Notes: generated by a model not told the origin, from the letters alone. A stretch of DNA of 64,000 nt from Alphaproteobacteria bacterium (GCA_965225945.1 CBDDBZ010000025.1:103994-167993), one strand, 5' to 3'. Positions 50,300 to 60,425 are shown, counted from the first letter of the stretch. Numbers and translations: made by a program.

Positions 50300-51178
50300 A
50301 TGGTTTCGTTTGCCTATTGGGAACCGGTGGCGATCTTCACGCTGATCAACGTGATCGTCGTGACTGGGCTCTACATCACCGCGATGTCCGGCCAGCTGTC
50401 CCTGGCGACGGCAGCGATCGTCGGTATCGGCGGCTATGTCTCGGCGATCTTGACGACCAACTTCGACTGGCCCTTCGCCCCGGCGATTCTGATCGCCATC
50501 GTGGCCGGCGCCGTCGTTGGCGCGGTGATCGCGGCGCTCACCGTCAAGATGCGGGACTTCATCCTGAAGCTCACCACGCTCGCCTTCGGCGAGGCGGTGG
50601 CGGTGGTCGCCTTCAACATCGACTATATCGGCGGCGCCAACAGCTTCTCCGGCATCCCGCTCTATTCCACCTTCACCATCGTCGCGCTGGCGACCGCCGT
50701 CGCGCTCTACATCGCCTGGCGCTTCGACGGCTCGCGCCTGGGCTTCGCGGCGCGCGCCGTGCGCGACGATCCGCTGGCGGCTGCGGCCACCGGGGTCTCG
50801 GTGCTCTGGGTCAGGGTCGTCACCTTCGCGCTCGGCGCGGCGATCGTCGGCGGCGGCGGCGCGATTCAGGCGCACTACGTGTTGGTGATCAACCCCCAGG
50901 AAATGGGCTTCTTCATCTCGCTCACCTTCATCATCTTCCTGCTGGTGGGTGGCCTCCACTCCCTCTGGGGTCCCGTCGTCGCCGCGGTCGTGCTGACCGC
51001 GCTGCCGGAAGTCACCCGCTTCGCCAACGAGTACCGACTGATACTTTATGGCTTCGCCATCGTCATGATCGTACTGTTCCGCCCCGATGGCCTGATCACC
51101 CGGCGGACGACCCGACCGTCGGGCGGCGGGCCCACGCCGAGAGACACGGCCACCGTGCCCGTCGAACCAAGCGCTTGA
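50300..51178 (+). CDS. LivM-like ABC permease
   Basis: GQLSL, GIGGY, TLAFGE, SRLG..ARAVRDD, GG..SLWGP, RPDGL. Confidence 0.93.
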   Translation: MVSFAYWEPVAIFTLINVIVVTGLYITAMSGQLSLATAAIVGIGGYVSAILTTNFDWPFAPAILIAIVAGAVVGAVIAALTVKMRDFILKLTTLAFGEAVAVVAFNIDYIGGANSFSGIPLYSTFTIVALATAVALYIAWRFDGSRLGFAARAVRDDPLAAAATGVSVLWVRVVTFALGAAIVGGGGAIQAHYVLVINPQEMGFFISLTFIIFLLVGGLHSLWGPVVAAVVLTALPEVTRFANEYRLILYGFAIVMIVLFRPDGLITRRTTRPSGGGPTPRDTATVPVEPSA

Positions 51179-51188
51179 GGCATCCACC

Positions 51189-52082
51189 ATGGCCCGAACC
51201 GCAACCAAGACACAGCTGGCCCCGACCGTGGTGAGAAAGGATGCGGCGCTCGGCGCCGAGGTGCGCGGCATCGATCTCTCCGGCCCGCTCGATGGCGAGA
51301 CCGTCGCCTGGATCAAGCAGACCTGGGCTGAACACTTGGTGCTGGTGTTCCCCGACCAGTCCCTGACGGAGGACCAGCAGGTCGCCTTCAGCCGAAAATT
51401 CGGCGAACTCGCGGTGCATGTCGAGCCGGACAAGATCTCCACCAGGGCGCCCGAGATCTTTCGCGTCTCGAACGTCGACGAAGACGGCAACAGGATCGAT
51501 CCGGAGAGCGAGTATTTCCGATTTTTCACTGTGCTTACCGGGCGCTGGCACACCGACGGCTCCTACAAGCCGATGCCGTCCATGGGCTCGATCCTGCACG
51601 GGCAGGTGGTGCCACCGGAGGGCGGCGAGACTTGGTTCTGCAACATGTTCCGCGCCTATGACGGGCTTCCAGACGCGATCAAGGCGAAGATCGAGGGCCG
51701 CCACATGGTGCATGCCCAGGACTTCACGCGGGTCACCTGTCCAGGGCTCACCCCGCTGACGCAGGCGCAGCGCGAGGAGGTGCCGCCGGTGACCCACCCG
51801 CTGGTCCGCACCCATGGCGACGGCCGGCGCTCGCTCTATGTCAACGCCGCGGTGGCCTATTACGTCGGCGGCATGGGACTCGAGGAGGGCAAGGCTTTCC
51901 ACAAACAGTTGATGGACCTCGCGACCCGACCCGAGTACGTCTACCGCCACCGCTGGAGCGCCGGCGACGTGGTGATGTGGGACAACCGGGCCACCATGCA
52001 CCGCGTCACCGATTACGACGGCAACAAATACCGCCGCGCCATGCAGCGCACCGAGATCCTCGGCACGGATATCGTGCACTGA
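51189..52082 (+). CDS. TauD/TfdA family Fe(II)/2-oxoglutarate dioxygenase
   Basis: LGAEVRGIDL, WHTDGSY (HxD), GGET.F, HPLVRTH, WDNRATMHR. Confidence 0.93.
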   Translation: MARTATKTQLAPTVVRKDAALGAEVRGIDLSGPLDGETVAWIKQTWAEHLVLVFPDQSLTEDQQVAFSRKFGELAVHVEPDKISTRAPEIFRVSNVDEDGNRIDPESEYFRFFTVLTGRWHTDGSYKPMPSMGSILHGQVVPPEGGETWFCNMFRAYDGLPDAIKAKIEGRHMVHAQDFTRVTCPGLTPLTQAQREEVPPVTHPLVRTHGDGRRSLYVNAAVAYYVGGMGLEEGKAFHKQLMDLATRPEYVYRHRWSAGDVVMWDNRATMHRVTDYDGNKYRRAMQRTEILGTDIVH

Positions 52083-52168
52083 CGCCAGGGCCGGGGGACG
52101 TTTGCGGACGGCCGGCGAGCCGGGGTGCAACGGACGGGAACGCGATCGGCGAGGCAAGGAGGGTGGTC

Positions 52169-53068
52169 ATGAACGAACTGCCGTCACTCGGCCGCTTTCC
52201 CTATTCCGGGCTTCGCTCACGGCCCGATTTCGATTGGCCCGAGGGCAAGCGGCTCGCGGTCCACGTCGCCGTCAACCTCGAGCATTTCATCTTCGGCGAG
52301 GGCGGCGTCGACCTCGACCGGCCGACGCCGCCGCCCAACCACCGCAGCTATCTCTGGCGCGATTACGGCAATCGGGTCGGCGTCTGGCGCCTGCTGGACC
52401 TGTTCGACGAATTGGACGTGCCGGTCGGCGTCATCACCAACGCCTCGATCTACGACCATTGCCCCGAAACCGTCGCCGCCTTCCGCGAACGCGGCGACGA
52501 GATCATCGGCCACGGCATGACCAACTCCAAGAAGCCGAACGAGATGACCGAGGCGGAGGAGGTCGAGATGGTGCGCGCCGCGACGGCGGCCTTCCGGCAC
52601 CACGAAGGGAGCGCGCCGACCGGCTGGCTGACGCCCTACCTCAACCCCTCGGAGGTGACAACGGACATCCTCAAGGAAGCCGGCTATCAATACGTGCTGG
52701 ACTGGGGGATCTGCGATGACCAGCCGTTCTGGGCGCGGACCCGCGCCGGACCAATTCTGGCGGTGCCCTACCCGCTGGAACTGAACGACCAGCCGGCAAT
52801 GGTCTTCCGCCGCAACACGGCGGCGGAGTTCGCCGACATGATGATCGACCACTTCACGGAGCACCTGAGGGCCTCGCCCAAATACCCCTCCGTCTGCTCG
52901 TTCTCGCTGCACCATTTCATCATGGGCCAGCCCTATCGGCTGCATCAACTGAGACGCGCCCTCGAACACATCGTCGCACGCCGGGACGAGATCTGGCTGA
53001 CCACCCCCGGCGCCATCGCCCGCCACTACATGTCGCTCCCCGGGGAGAAGCAGCTGACGCCGGCGTGA
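52169..53068 (+). CDS. Polysaccharide deacetylase family protein (PuuE/allantoinase-like)
   Basis: WPEGKRLAV, WRDYGNRVGVWR, IIGHG, DDQPFW, PY.LELND, LH.FIMGQP.R. Confidence 0.88.
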   Translation: MNELPSLGRFPYSGLRSRPDFDWPEGKRLAVHVAVNLEHFIFGEGGVDLDRPTPPPNHRSYLWRDYGNRVGVWRLLDLFDELDVPVGVITNASIYDHCPETVAAFRERGDEIIGHGMTNSKKPNEMTEAEEVEMVRAATAAFRHHEGSAPTGWLTPYLNPSEVTTDILKEAGYQYVLDWGICDDQPFWARTRAGPILAVPYPLELNDQPAMVFRRNTAAEFADMMIDHFTEHLRASPKYPSVCSFSLHHFIMGQPYRLHQLRRALEHIVARRDEIWLTTPGAIARHYMSLPGEKQLTPA

Positions 53069-53204
53069 GCGAGCTTCGTCCGCCGTCATGGATCGCCGTG
53101 AAAGCCGAAGGATGCCGGCTCCGGGCCACATCTTTGGAAACCTTGGCCAACCGGCGCACCGCGCTCGGGTCGAAATCTTCACGCGACCCGATCGCCGCTC
53201 CCAT
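53069..53204 (-). pseudogene. IS630-family transposase N-terminal remnant
   Basis: GGAGG SD then MGAAIGSREDFDPSAVRRLAKVSKDVARSR...AIHDGGR, resembling alphaproteobacterial IS630 N-termini; truncated at the deacetylase stop. Confidence 0.6.
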
Positions 53205-53536
53205 GGTGGGCCCTCCTCAAGTCCGGATGACCGGTAACGGGATCGACCGCCTCCGCGCTCTTCCCAATCGTCAATTTTGGCAAGTTCTAATGGAACGCCC
53301 GGTCTCGGGGGCATTCCTGACTTCGATTCGGCGAAACCCGACATTCGACTGCCAATGCCGTCTATTGGGGGTAGAATCACCATCGTCGCCGTCTCGTGTG
53401 CCGGCCACGGGCTAGATGGGCGCTTGGCCTACGCATATCGTCCTCCAGATTGCGATCGAGTGCCCGAAGGGCTACCCTGATGCTCGGAACCGATGCTCAT
53501 CTGGGAGATGTCGGCTCGTGGCCCGGACGGCCCGTG

Positions 53537-54892
53537 ATGGATGCGAAACAAGTAAAAACGATCGTCGACCGCTACATGTTCCCGACCGAGGGTACGTCCT
53601 ATATGGGCGGCCTGGAGAACCGGCCGGTCATTGCCGGCAGCTTCGGGCGCACCGTGGTCGACACGAACGGCAAGGAATATCTCGACTTCCAGTCGGGCCA
53701 AATGGGCGCGGCCCTCGGTCACCAGCATCCGCGTATCGTCAAGCGGATCGAGACGACCATGAAGTCGCTGCTGCACGCTTCCAACACAATGTTGAACGTG
53801 CCGCGCCTGCGCCTGCATGAGAAACTCGGTAAATTGCTACCGCGCCCATTGGAAAAGTCGCTCTTTCTGGTGTCGGGCAGTGATTCGATCGAAGCCGCGA
53901 TCGATTTAGCGCGCAAGGCGACCGGCGGTCTCGATGTGTTGGGGTTGCATGCCGGCCTGCATGGCTCGACTTCCTATGTCACGAGGTCGCTTTCGTTCAA
54001 TTGGGAACGGCGCAAACATGCGGCCGTTGCGCCCCACACCGCGTCGGTGCTGACGCCCTATTGCTATCGCTGCCCACTCGGCCTCAAGTTTCCGCGCTGC
54101 GAGGTGCAATGCCTGACTTCCAGTTTGGAGCTGGCCGATGCCAATTTCACGGCGCAGCCGGCAGGCTTCATCGCTGAACCGATCCTTTCCGCCGGCGGTG
54201 TCATCGTGCCGCCGGATGGGTATTTCACGAAAGTGAAGGAGGCCTGCGATGCGCGTGGCATGGCGTTGATCGTCGACGAAGCGCAAACCGGCCTCGGCAA
54301 GACGGGAAAGCTGTTCGGATTCCAGCACGAGAACGGTTTGAAGCCGGACATCATCGCCATATCGAAGCATTTCGGCGGCGGCCTGCCGATCAGCGCCGTC
54401 TGCACGACGGCCCGGATGGCCAAGGCGGCAATATCGAACGGTTATTTCGCAACCCGCAGCCACGCCACCGATCCACTTCTCTGCGCCGCCGGGGAGGAAA
54501 GCCTCGATATCGTCGTCGACGAGGATATGCCCGGACGCGCCCGGCGGATCGAACGACACATAAAGTCCGCCTTCCGCTCGATGGCGAAGGAGTTCGAATG
54601 GATCGGCGACATCCGTGGGCGCGGCGTCCTGCTCGGGATCGAGCTGGTGCGGGACCGCCACACCAAAGCGCCCGCCAATGCCGAAACGCAAGCAATCTTC
54701 CAGTATTGCCTCGACAACGGCCTGATCTTTCAGGTGCGGGGCGTGCGCGAATTGAAAAATGTGATCCGGCTGGTACCGCCGATGACGACGACGAAGACGG
54801 AACTGGATCGGGCCCTGTCGATCCTGCATGACGCCTTCACGAAGGTTGCCAAGCGCGGCGCCAAACGGCGGCCGAAGGTCCGTGCCCGCTAG
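53537..54892 (+). CDS. Class-III PLP aminotransferase (2,2-dialkylglycine decarboxylase-like)
   Basis: DFQSGQMGAALGHQHP, EPILSAGG, DEAQTGLGKTG, ISKHFGGG, GDIRGRG. Confidence 0.88.
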   Translation: MDAKQVKTIVDRYMFPTEGTSYMGGLENRPVIAGSFGRTVVDTNGKEYLDFQSGQMGAALGHQHPRIVKRIETTMKSLLHASNTMLNVPRLRLHEKLGKLLPRPLEKSLFLVSGSDSIEAAIDLARKATGGLDVLGLHAGLHGSTSYVTRSLSFNWERRKHAAVAPHTASVLTPYCYRCPLGLKFPRCEVQCLTSSLELADANFTAQPAGFIAEPILSAGGVIVPPDGYFTKVKEACDARGMALIVDEAQTGLGKTGKLFGFQHENGLKPDIIAISKHFGGGLPISAVCTTARMAKAAISNGYFATRSHATDPLLCAAGEESLDIVVDEDMPGRARRIERHIKSAFRSMAKEFEWIGDIRGRGVLLGIELVRDRHTKAPANAETQAIFQYCLDNGLIFQVRGVRELKNVIRLVPPMTTTKTELDRALSILHDAFTKVAKRGAKRRPKVRAR

Positions 54893-55066
54893 ACGATGCA
54901 AGGCGCGTCTACGTCCGCTTCATGGACGACATTCTGGTGCTCAGCCGGACGGGCTGGAAGCTCAGGAAAGCGGTCAAAGCGGTGAACCAAGTGCCCGGCT
55001 CGCTAAACTTGGAAAAGCATCCCGACAAAACTTTCATCGGGCAAACGATCGTGGGAGCCTCGATAG

Positions 55067-55912
55067 ATGACCACCTCGCGAACCGCGACCTTCCTGGATG
55101 ACCCCATCGCCGAGTACGTCGATCTGGAGCGCTATCCCATCGCCGATCTGAAAAGCCCGGCGGCCCGAGCATTAATTGCGCGTATGCACGAGGAGATGGC
55201 CAATCTCGGTGCCTGCTGCCTCAGGAATTTCATCTGGCTTGAAGCCCTGGAGAAACTGCGGGGCGAAGCTGAAAGCCTGGCGCATCTGGCATATGGCGGA
55301 CCGAGCGAGGCGACGCCCTATTTCTTCAACTACCGCATCGGTGAGGGGAAGGGCTATCGCGAGGATCATCCGACACGGCGCACTTCACCCCGGCGCCTGG
55401 GTCAGGTGGCAGGCGATTTAATTCCTGAGGATGCCCAGGTGCGCCGGATCCACCGCAGCCCGAGCCTGATCGCCTTCCTGGCCAAGGCGCTGGGGGAACA
55501 AGCACTCCATCCCCTGGCCGACCGGAAGCAGTCGCTCAACATCTCGGTCATGGAGGAAGGCGGTTGTCAGCAGTGGCACTTCGACCGCGGCAAGTCCGTC
55601 ATCACCCTCCTGGTCCAGGCTCCGGAAGGCGGCGGTCACTTCGAGTACGTTCCCGATGTACGCAACGAAGACTCGGAAAATTTCGAGGCAGTGGGCCGGA
55701 TCCTCGATGGCTATCGCGAAAACGTACGGTCGGTCGAGATCACCGCCGGGACGCTAATGCTCTTTCGTGGGCACTACTCCCTCCACCGGGTGACCCCGGT
55801 CGAGGGCAAGCGCCATCGCCTCCAGCTCATCCTTGCGTACGCCGACCGACCGGACCAGCACGGCTCGGCTGAATCGAGTCGCCTCCACTATGGCACGCGG
55901 GCGGCGGGCTAG
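55067..55912 (+). CDS. BesD/HalD-related Fe(II)/2OG oxygenase (HxD, hydroxylase type)
   Basis: VDLERYPI, WHFD, TLLVQAPE.GG.FEY.P, GTL.LFRG.YSLHRVT. Confidence 0.75.
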   Translation: MTTSRTATFLDDPIAEYVDLERYPIADLKSPAARALIARMHEEMANLGACCLRNFIWLEALEKLRGEAESLAHLAYGGPSEATPYFFNYRIGEGKGYREDHPTRRTSPRRLGQVAGDLIPEDAQVRRIHRSPSLIAFLAKALGEQALHPLADRKQSLNISVMEEGGCQQWHFDRGKSVITLLVQAPEGGGHFEYVPDVRNEDSENFEAVGRILDGYRENVRSVEITAGTLMLFRGHYSLHRVTPVEGKRHRLQLILAYADRPDQHGSAESSRLHYGTRAAG

Positions 55913-56216
55913 ACACACCACAAACTATCCCGATGCGGTGACCTGACAGGTCCACTGAAGTGGACGCGGCGCGGTTGGGCATTCCTGATTGCCTACGCTT
56001 TGATCGCGATATCGTGGGGGATCGTCAACAACCTTCTGAAAGGACCGATCCCCGAGGTCATCATGATGCTCGGGTCGCCAGTTTGGTTTTGCCTGTATAT
56101 TACCGTGACAGAGGGAGTAGGCGAGGTCCGCGCCAGCCCAGATCGTGGCCAGTCGCAGAAGCGATGAAAGGCAGGCCGTGATCGGCCGTGACTTGAGGCA
56201 GGAAGGAATGTGAGCC

Positions 56217-57272
56217 ATGACGACACGATCACCGACCTCACCCGGTCTCATGGAGCGTCTGGCCGACGGGCCGGTCATCTGTGCCGAGGGGTACCTATTT
56301 GAGCTCGAACGGCGCGGCTATTTGCAGGCCGGGGCGTTTGTACCCGAGGTGGTTTCGGACCATCCCGACGTTGTCCGCCAGTTACACCGAGACTTTGTGC
56401 ATGCGGGGTCGGACGTGGTCGAGGCCCTGACCTATTACGCCCATCGGGAGAAGATGCGGCTGATTGGGCGCGAGGACGAACTGGAGCCAATGAACCGACA
56501 GGCATTGCGCATCGCCAAAGACGTCGCGGCCGAGACCGGGGCACTGGTCGCCGGCAATATCTGCAACACCAATATCTATGATCCAGACGACGCGGCGGGC
56601 CAGGCCAAGATCCGCGGTCTATATGCGGAGCAGGTGGAGTGGATTGTCGATGAAGGCGTCGATTTCGTGATTGCCGAAACGTTTCCTTGGCAAGGCGAGG
56701 CCGAACTGGCGCTGGACGCGATCAAGCAATCCGGCCTGCCCGCTGTGGTGACCTACGCGATCCACCGCGACGGCCTCACGCGGGAAGGCATTACGCCGGT
56801 ACAGGCGTGCAAGGCGCTGGAAGATCAGGGCGCGGCGGTGGTCGGCCTGAACTGCACTCGAGGCCCGAATACTATGCTGCCGATCCTGCAGGAGATCGCG
56901 GCTGTTTGCACAGTGCCGATCGCCGCTTTGCCGGTGCCTTTCCGCACCAGCGAATCGGAGCCCACATTCCAGTCGCTGACGGATTCCTGCCACGGGCATC
57001 CGGATGGTGATCGGCCGTTTCCGGTGCATCTGGATCCGATGAGCTGCACTCGCATGGACATCGCCCGCTTCACGGCGGAGGCGAAGGCGCTGGGCGTGAA
57101 ATATTTCGGCGTCTGTTGTGGCGCCGGGCCGCACCACATCCGTGCGATGGCGGAAGCGTTGGGCCGCCGTCCGCCGGCCAGTCGCTACTCGGCCGACATG
57201 TCCAAGCACTATGCCCTTGGTGATTTTGACCGTCAGCGCGGGCAGGACCGCGACTTCCGCGATCGGCTCTAA
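56217..57272 (+). CDS. Homocysteine S-methyltransferase family protein (BHMT-like)
   Basis: ICAEGYLFELERRGYLQAG.FVPE, AGSDV, GLNC.RGP, GVCCG (Zn cysteines). Confidence 0.9.
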   Translation: MTTRSPTSPGLMERLADGPVICAEGYLFELERRGYLQAGAFVPEVVSDHPDVVRQLHRDFVHAGSDVVEALTYYAHREKMRLIGREDELEPMNRQALRIAKDVAAETGALVAGNICNTNIYDPDDAAGQAKIRGLYAEQVEWIVDEGVDFVIAETFPWQGEAELALDAIKQSGLPAVVTYAIHRDGLTREGITPVQACKALEDQGAAVVGLNCTRGPNTMLPILQEIAAVCTVPIAALPVPFRTSESEPTFQSLTDSCHGHPDGDRPFPVHLDPMSCTRMDIARFTAEAKALGVKYFGVCCGAGPHHIRAMAEALGRRPPASRYSADMSKHYALGDFDRQRGQDRDFRDRL

Positions 57273-57568
57273 TCACCATCGATCGGGCGACGACCGCATT
57301 TGCCTATCGTGTGCGCTGGACGGCCCGTAATCGGTCGATATCGGTCCAGATGTCAACGGCGGTGCAAAAAGGGGCCAGTTCGGCGGAATTAGTCGGCCGT
57401 TAAATTCCCGAATTTCGGCGGCATCGTTGGTGTATTCGTCGTGAGGCACGGTTCGAGTTTGCAAGAAATCGCCTGAGGCAAGGTGGATTTCTTGCAATTT
57501 CGTTTGATTTTATGTTCTATTTTTCGCTGATTCATGTTATAGTCAAGCTCGTGATTATGAGGGCTCCC

Positions 57569-58900
57569 ATGCGACCGAAGCAGTCTCCCAAGGCCGATCA
57601 CGACGACCTCTTCCGTTCGCGCCTCGACCACATCATCAACATGCGCCACCCGCTCGTCCTCTTGGCCGAGAGGATCGATTGGGCCTGGATCGAGGAACAC
57701 CTGACGGACCGCTTCGCCGACAACGGCCGACCCGCCGAGCCGGTCCGCTTCATGATCGGCATGTTCGTGCTGAAGCACACCTACACGCTCTCCGACGAGC
57801 AGCTCTGGGAGCGTTGGGAGCACGATCCCTACTTCCAGTACTTCACCGGCGAGGAATTCTTCCAGCACGGGCTCCCCCACGAACGCTCGGGATTGAGCCA
57901 TTGGAGGAAGCGCCTGGGTGATCGCCTGGATATCCTGCTGCAAGAGAGCCTGCGCGTTGCCCATGACACCGGCGCCCTGAAGAAGAGCGATCTCGCCCGG
58001 GTCACGGTCGACACCACGGTGCAGCCGAAGAACATCACCTTCCCGACCGACGCCAAACTGCTGAAGAGGGCGATCGACAAGCTCGGCGAGCTGGCCAAGC
58101 GCCATGGCGTGGAGCTCCGCCAGAGCTATGTTCGGGTGGCGCGGCGGGCGGCGATGATGGTGGGCCGATACGCCCACGCCAAACAGTTCAAGCGGATGAA
58201 CCGGGAGCTGAAGTTCTTGCGGACCCGGCTCGGCCGGCTCATCCGTGATATCGAGCGCAAGATCGAGGGCGATCGGGCGCTGGAGGAAGTCTTCGCGACG
58301 GCGCTTCTCAGGGCCCGCCAGATCCGTGGCCAGAAGCAACGCCAGCGCGGCTGGAAGCTCTATTCATGGCATGCCCCCGAGGTCGAGTGCATCGGCAAAG
58401 GCAAAGCCGCGAAGCCCTACGAGTTCGGCGTCAAGGTCTCGCTCACCACCACCAACAAGCGTTGCAAAGGCGGACAGTTCATCCTCCACGCCAAGGCGCT
58501 CCCCGGCATTCCCTACGACCGCCACACCTTGAAGGAGGTGCTGGAGGAGACCGAGACCCTGACGGGGCGCGCGATCGAGCGGGTCTATGTCGACAAGGGC
58601 TACCGGGGCCACGATGCGCCGAAGCCGCTGCGGGTCTTCAAGTCGGGCCAGAAGCGCGGCGTCCACGGCCAGATCAAAAAGGAGCTCCGGCGACGAAGCG
58701 CCATCGAGGCCGTCATCGGCCATTGCAAGACCGACGGCCATCTCGACCGGAACTACCTGAAGGGACGGCTCGGCGACCGGATCAACGCCGTGATGAGCGC
58801 CGCCGGCTACAACTTCCGCCTCCTCCTCAGGTGGCTGAAGCTTTTTTTGCGTAAAATCATCGCCGCCGTATTGGCCGACTTGATCACAATGCCCGCATAG
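57569..58900 (+). CDS. IS5 family transposase
   Basis: DLFRSRLD.II...HPL, PY.QYFTG, VDTTVQPK, YSWHAPEVECIGKGK, VDKGY, RRSAIE.VIGH.K. Confidence 0.95.
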   Translation: MRPKQSPKADHDDLFRSRLDHIINMRHPLVLLAERIDWAWIEEHLTDRFADNGRPAEPVRFMIGMFVLKHTYTLSDEQLWERWEHDPYFQYFTGEEFFQHGLPHERSGLSHWRKRLGDRLDILLQESLRVAHDTGALKKSDLARVTVDTTVQPKNITFPTDAKLLKRAIDKLGELAKRHGVELRQSYVRVARRAAMMVGRYAHAKQFKRMNRELKFLRTRLGRLIRDIERKIEGDRALEEVFATALLRARQIRGQKQRQRGWKLYSWHAPEVECIGKGKAAKPYEFGVKVSLTTTNKRCKGGQFILHAKALPGIPYDRHTLKEVLEETETLTGRAIERVYVDKGYRGHDAPKPLRVFKSGQKRGVHGQIKKELRRRSAIEAVIGHCKTDGHLDRNYLKGRLGDRINAVMSAAGYNFRLLLRWLKLFLRKIIAAVLADLITMPA

Positions 58901-58999
58901 CGCCCCTGGCTACGACTTCCGCCTCCTCCTCCGGTGGCTGAAGCTTCTCTCGCGCAAAACCATCGCCGCCATATCGGCCGACTCGATCTCAATGCCGGC
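58805..58999 (+). repeat. Imperfect ~92-bp direct duplication of the transposase 3' end (58805-58896 vs 58908-58999)
   Basis: GGCTACAACTTCCGCCTCCTCCTCAGGTGGCTGAAGCTT... repeated with about 12 substitutions. Confidence 0.85.
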
Positions 59000-59111
59000 G
59001 GTCAGAACCGCTTCTTAACAGCCGACTAATTATAGAGGGCCACGATCGGTTGAGGGGCTTGTCCACGTAGTCCACGGGAGGACTCGTTTTGAAGGTCCTA
59101 CTGGTAACCCG

Positions 59112-60425
59112 CTAAAGCTTACTGCCGGTCGTCAATAGCCCGGTGCCTGGAGAATCCGGTTTCTTGAACGGGGTATCGACGACTTCCGCATCCACCAGAC
59201 CGTCTGCATAAGTGGCCGGCAGGACGACTTGCAGATTGGTGCCGAGTTCCGTTAACTCCACCGGTAGCATGGCGAACGCGATGTTCGACTCTTGCGTCGG
59301 CGAAAACCAGGCGGAGGTAACATAGCCGACCAATTGGCCGTCTGAGAAGATATGGTAGAAATCCGCCGGATACCAGGTAATGGGCTCCCCACCCAAGCGT
59401 AATCCGGCCAGCTTGTGGCTCACCCCTTCGTCATGGATTTTCTGCAGGGCCGCTTTGCCGATAAAGTCGTCTTTGGAGAGGTCGACCATCCAGCCCAGGC
59501 CGCATTCATAAGGATTGGTTTCCACGTCCATGTCCTGGCCGTGGGACAGTATACCCGCCTCGATTCGGCGATGATGGCCGGGCGCGATGACACGCAAGTT
59601 GTGCGCTTCGCCCGCCGCCAGAACGGCGTTCCACATCTTCTCGGCATTTTTAGTGGCGTCGAACAGATAAATTTCGAAACCGGCTTCCGCAGAGAAGCCC
59701 GTGCGCGAAATCACCACCTTGCAGCCGCCAACCTCGGCCCACATCAGGCCGTAGTAGGGAACCTCGTCGATGCCGGCGCCAACCAGATCGCGCATCAGAT
59801 TCGTGGATTTTGGGCCTTGAATCTGCACCGGGGCCACGTCAATCTCGTTGATCACCACATCATAGCGGTCAAAGGCGTTGACGCCCTGCAAATAGAGCCC
59901 GATGTCGGTGTCGGCCAGGGAGAACCAGAATTCACCCTCTGCCGGGCGCAGTAACACCGGGTCGTTCAGCACGCCGCCATAGCTGTTGCACAGGATGACG
60001 TAGCGGCATTTGCCCACTTCGCATTTGTCGACGCGCCGGGTGATGACCATGTCCACGAAAGCTTCCGCATCCGGGCCCTTGACCTGGATTTGCCGCTCGA
60101 CAGCGACATTCCACATGGTCACATGTTCGGTCAGATATTCGTATTCCTTCATCAGGCCGCCGTCTTCTGGCTTGATGTAGGCGCGGGGATGATAGACGTG
60201 GTTGTAGACCGAATAACACCAGGCGCCGGCGGCCTGACTAAGGTGCCAATAGGGGCCCTTACGCAATCGGGTATCGACCAAAAGGCGGCTGCCCTTGGCT
60301 AAAAGACCTTCGTCTCCATTGTCGCCGCTTTGGCGCAGTTGAATGGGGACATGCCGCTTTTTCAGACGGCTGTTTTCAAACATATCAGCTACTGTGAGGC
60401 CGTTCATAACATCGTTGCTCATCAT
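59112..60425 (-). CDS. GcvT-family aminomethyltransferase (DmdA-like, THF-dependent)
   Basis: VYNH, MWNVAVERQIQVKGPDA, GGVLNDP, QIQGPKS, ISRTGFSAEAGFEIY, RRIEAGILS, FIGK.AL; visibly lower GC. Confidence 0.85.
   Translation of the reverse strand: MMSNDVMNGLTVADMFENSRLKKRHVPIQLRQSGDNGDEGLLAKGSRLLVDTRLRKGPYWHLSQAAGAWCYSVYNHVYHPRAYIKPEDGGLMKEYEYLTEHVTMWNVAVERQIQVKGPDAEAFVDMVITRRVDKCEVGKCRYVILCNSYGGVLNDPVLLRPAEGEFWFSLADTDIGLYLQGVNAFDRYDVVINEIDVAPVQIQGPKSTNLMRDLVGAGIDEVPYYGLMWAEVGGCKVVISRTGFSAEAGFEIYLFDATKNAEKMWNAVLAAGEAHNLRVIAPGHHRRIEAGILSHGQDMDVETNPYECGLGWMVDLSKDDFIGKAALQKIHDEGVSHKLAGLRLGGEPITWYPADFYHIFSDGQLVGYVTSAWFSPTQESNIAFAMLPVELTELGTNLQVVLPATYADGLVDAEVVDTPFKKPDSPGTGLLTTGSKL

Larger units (their letters stand above)
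57391..59027 (+). mobile_element. IS5-family insertion sequence (~1.64 kb)
   Basis: Imperfect TIR AGTCGGCCGTTAA / TTAACAGCCGACT; AATT on both flanks (57387-57390, 59028-59031); internal IR TTGCAAGAAATC..GATTTCTTGCAA; exact end +/-1 bp. Confidence 0.85.

Noticed and set aside
55067-55912. BesD-type halogenase
   Set aside because: Has HFD (HxD facial triad); halogenases have HxG/A
55913-56216. SAM/SAH riboswitch upstream of the homocysteine methyltransferase
   Set aside because: Could not find SAM-II, SAM-SAH or SAH consensus elements by eye; an Infernal search would be needed
58805-58999. Diversity-generating retroelement TR/VR pair
   Set aside because: No reverse transcriptase in the window, mismatches are not restricted to adenines on one strand, and the repeat is part of an IS5 end
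59112-60425. Calling the gene dmdA or gcvT
   Set aside because: Family is clear but there is an atypical N-terminal extension and no gcvH/gcvP or dmdBCD context; substrate not assignable
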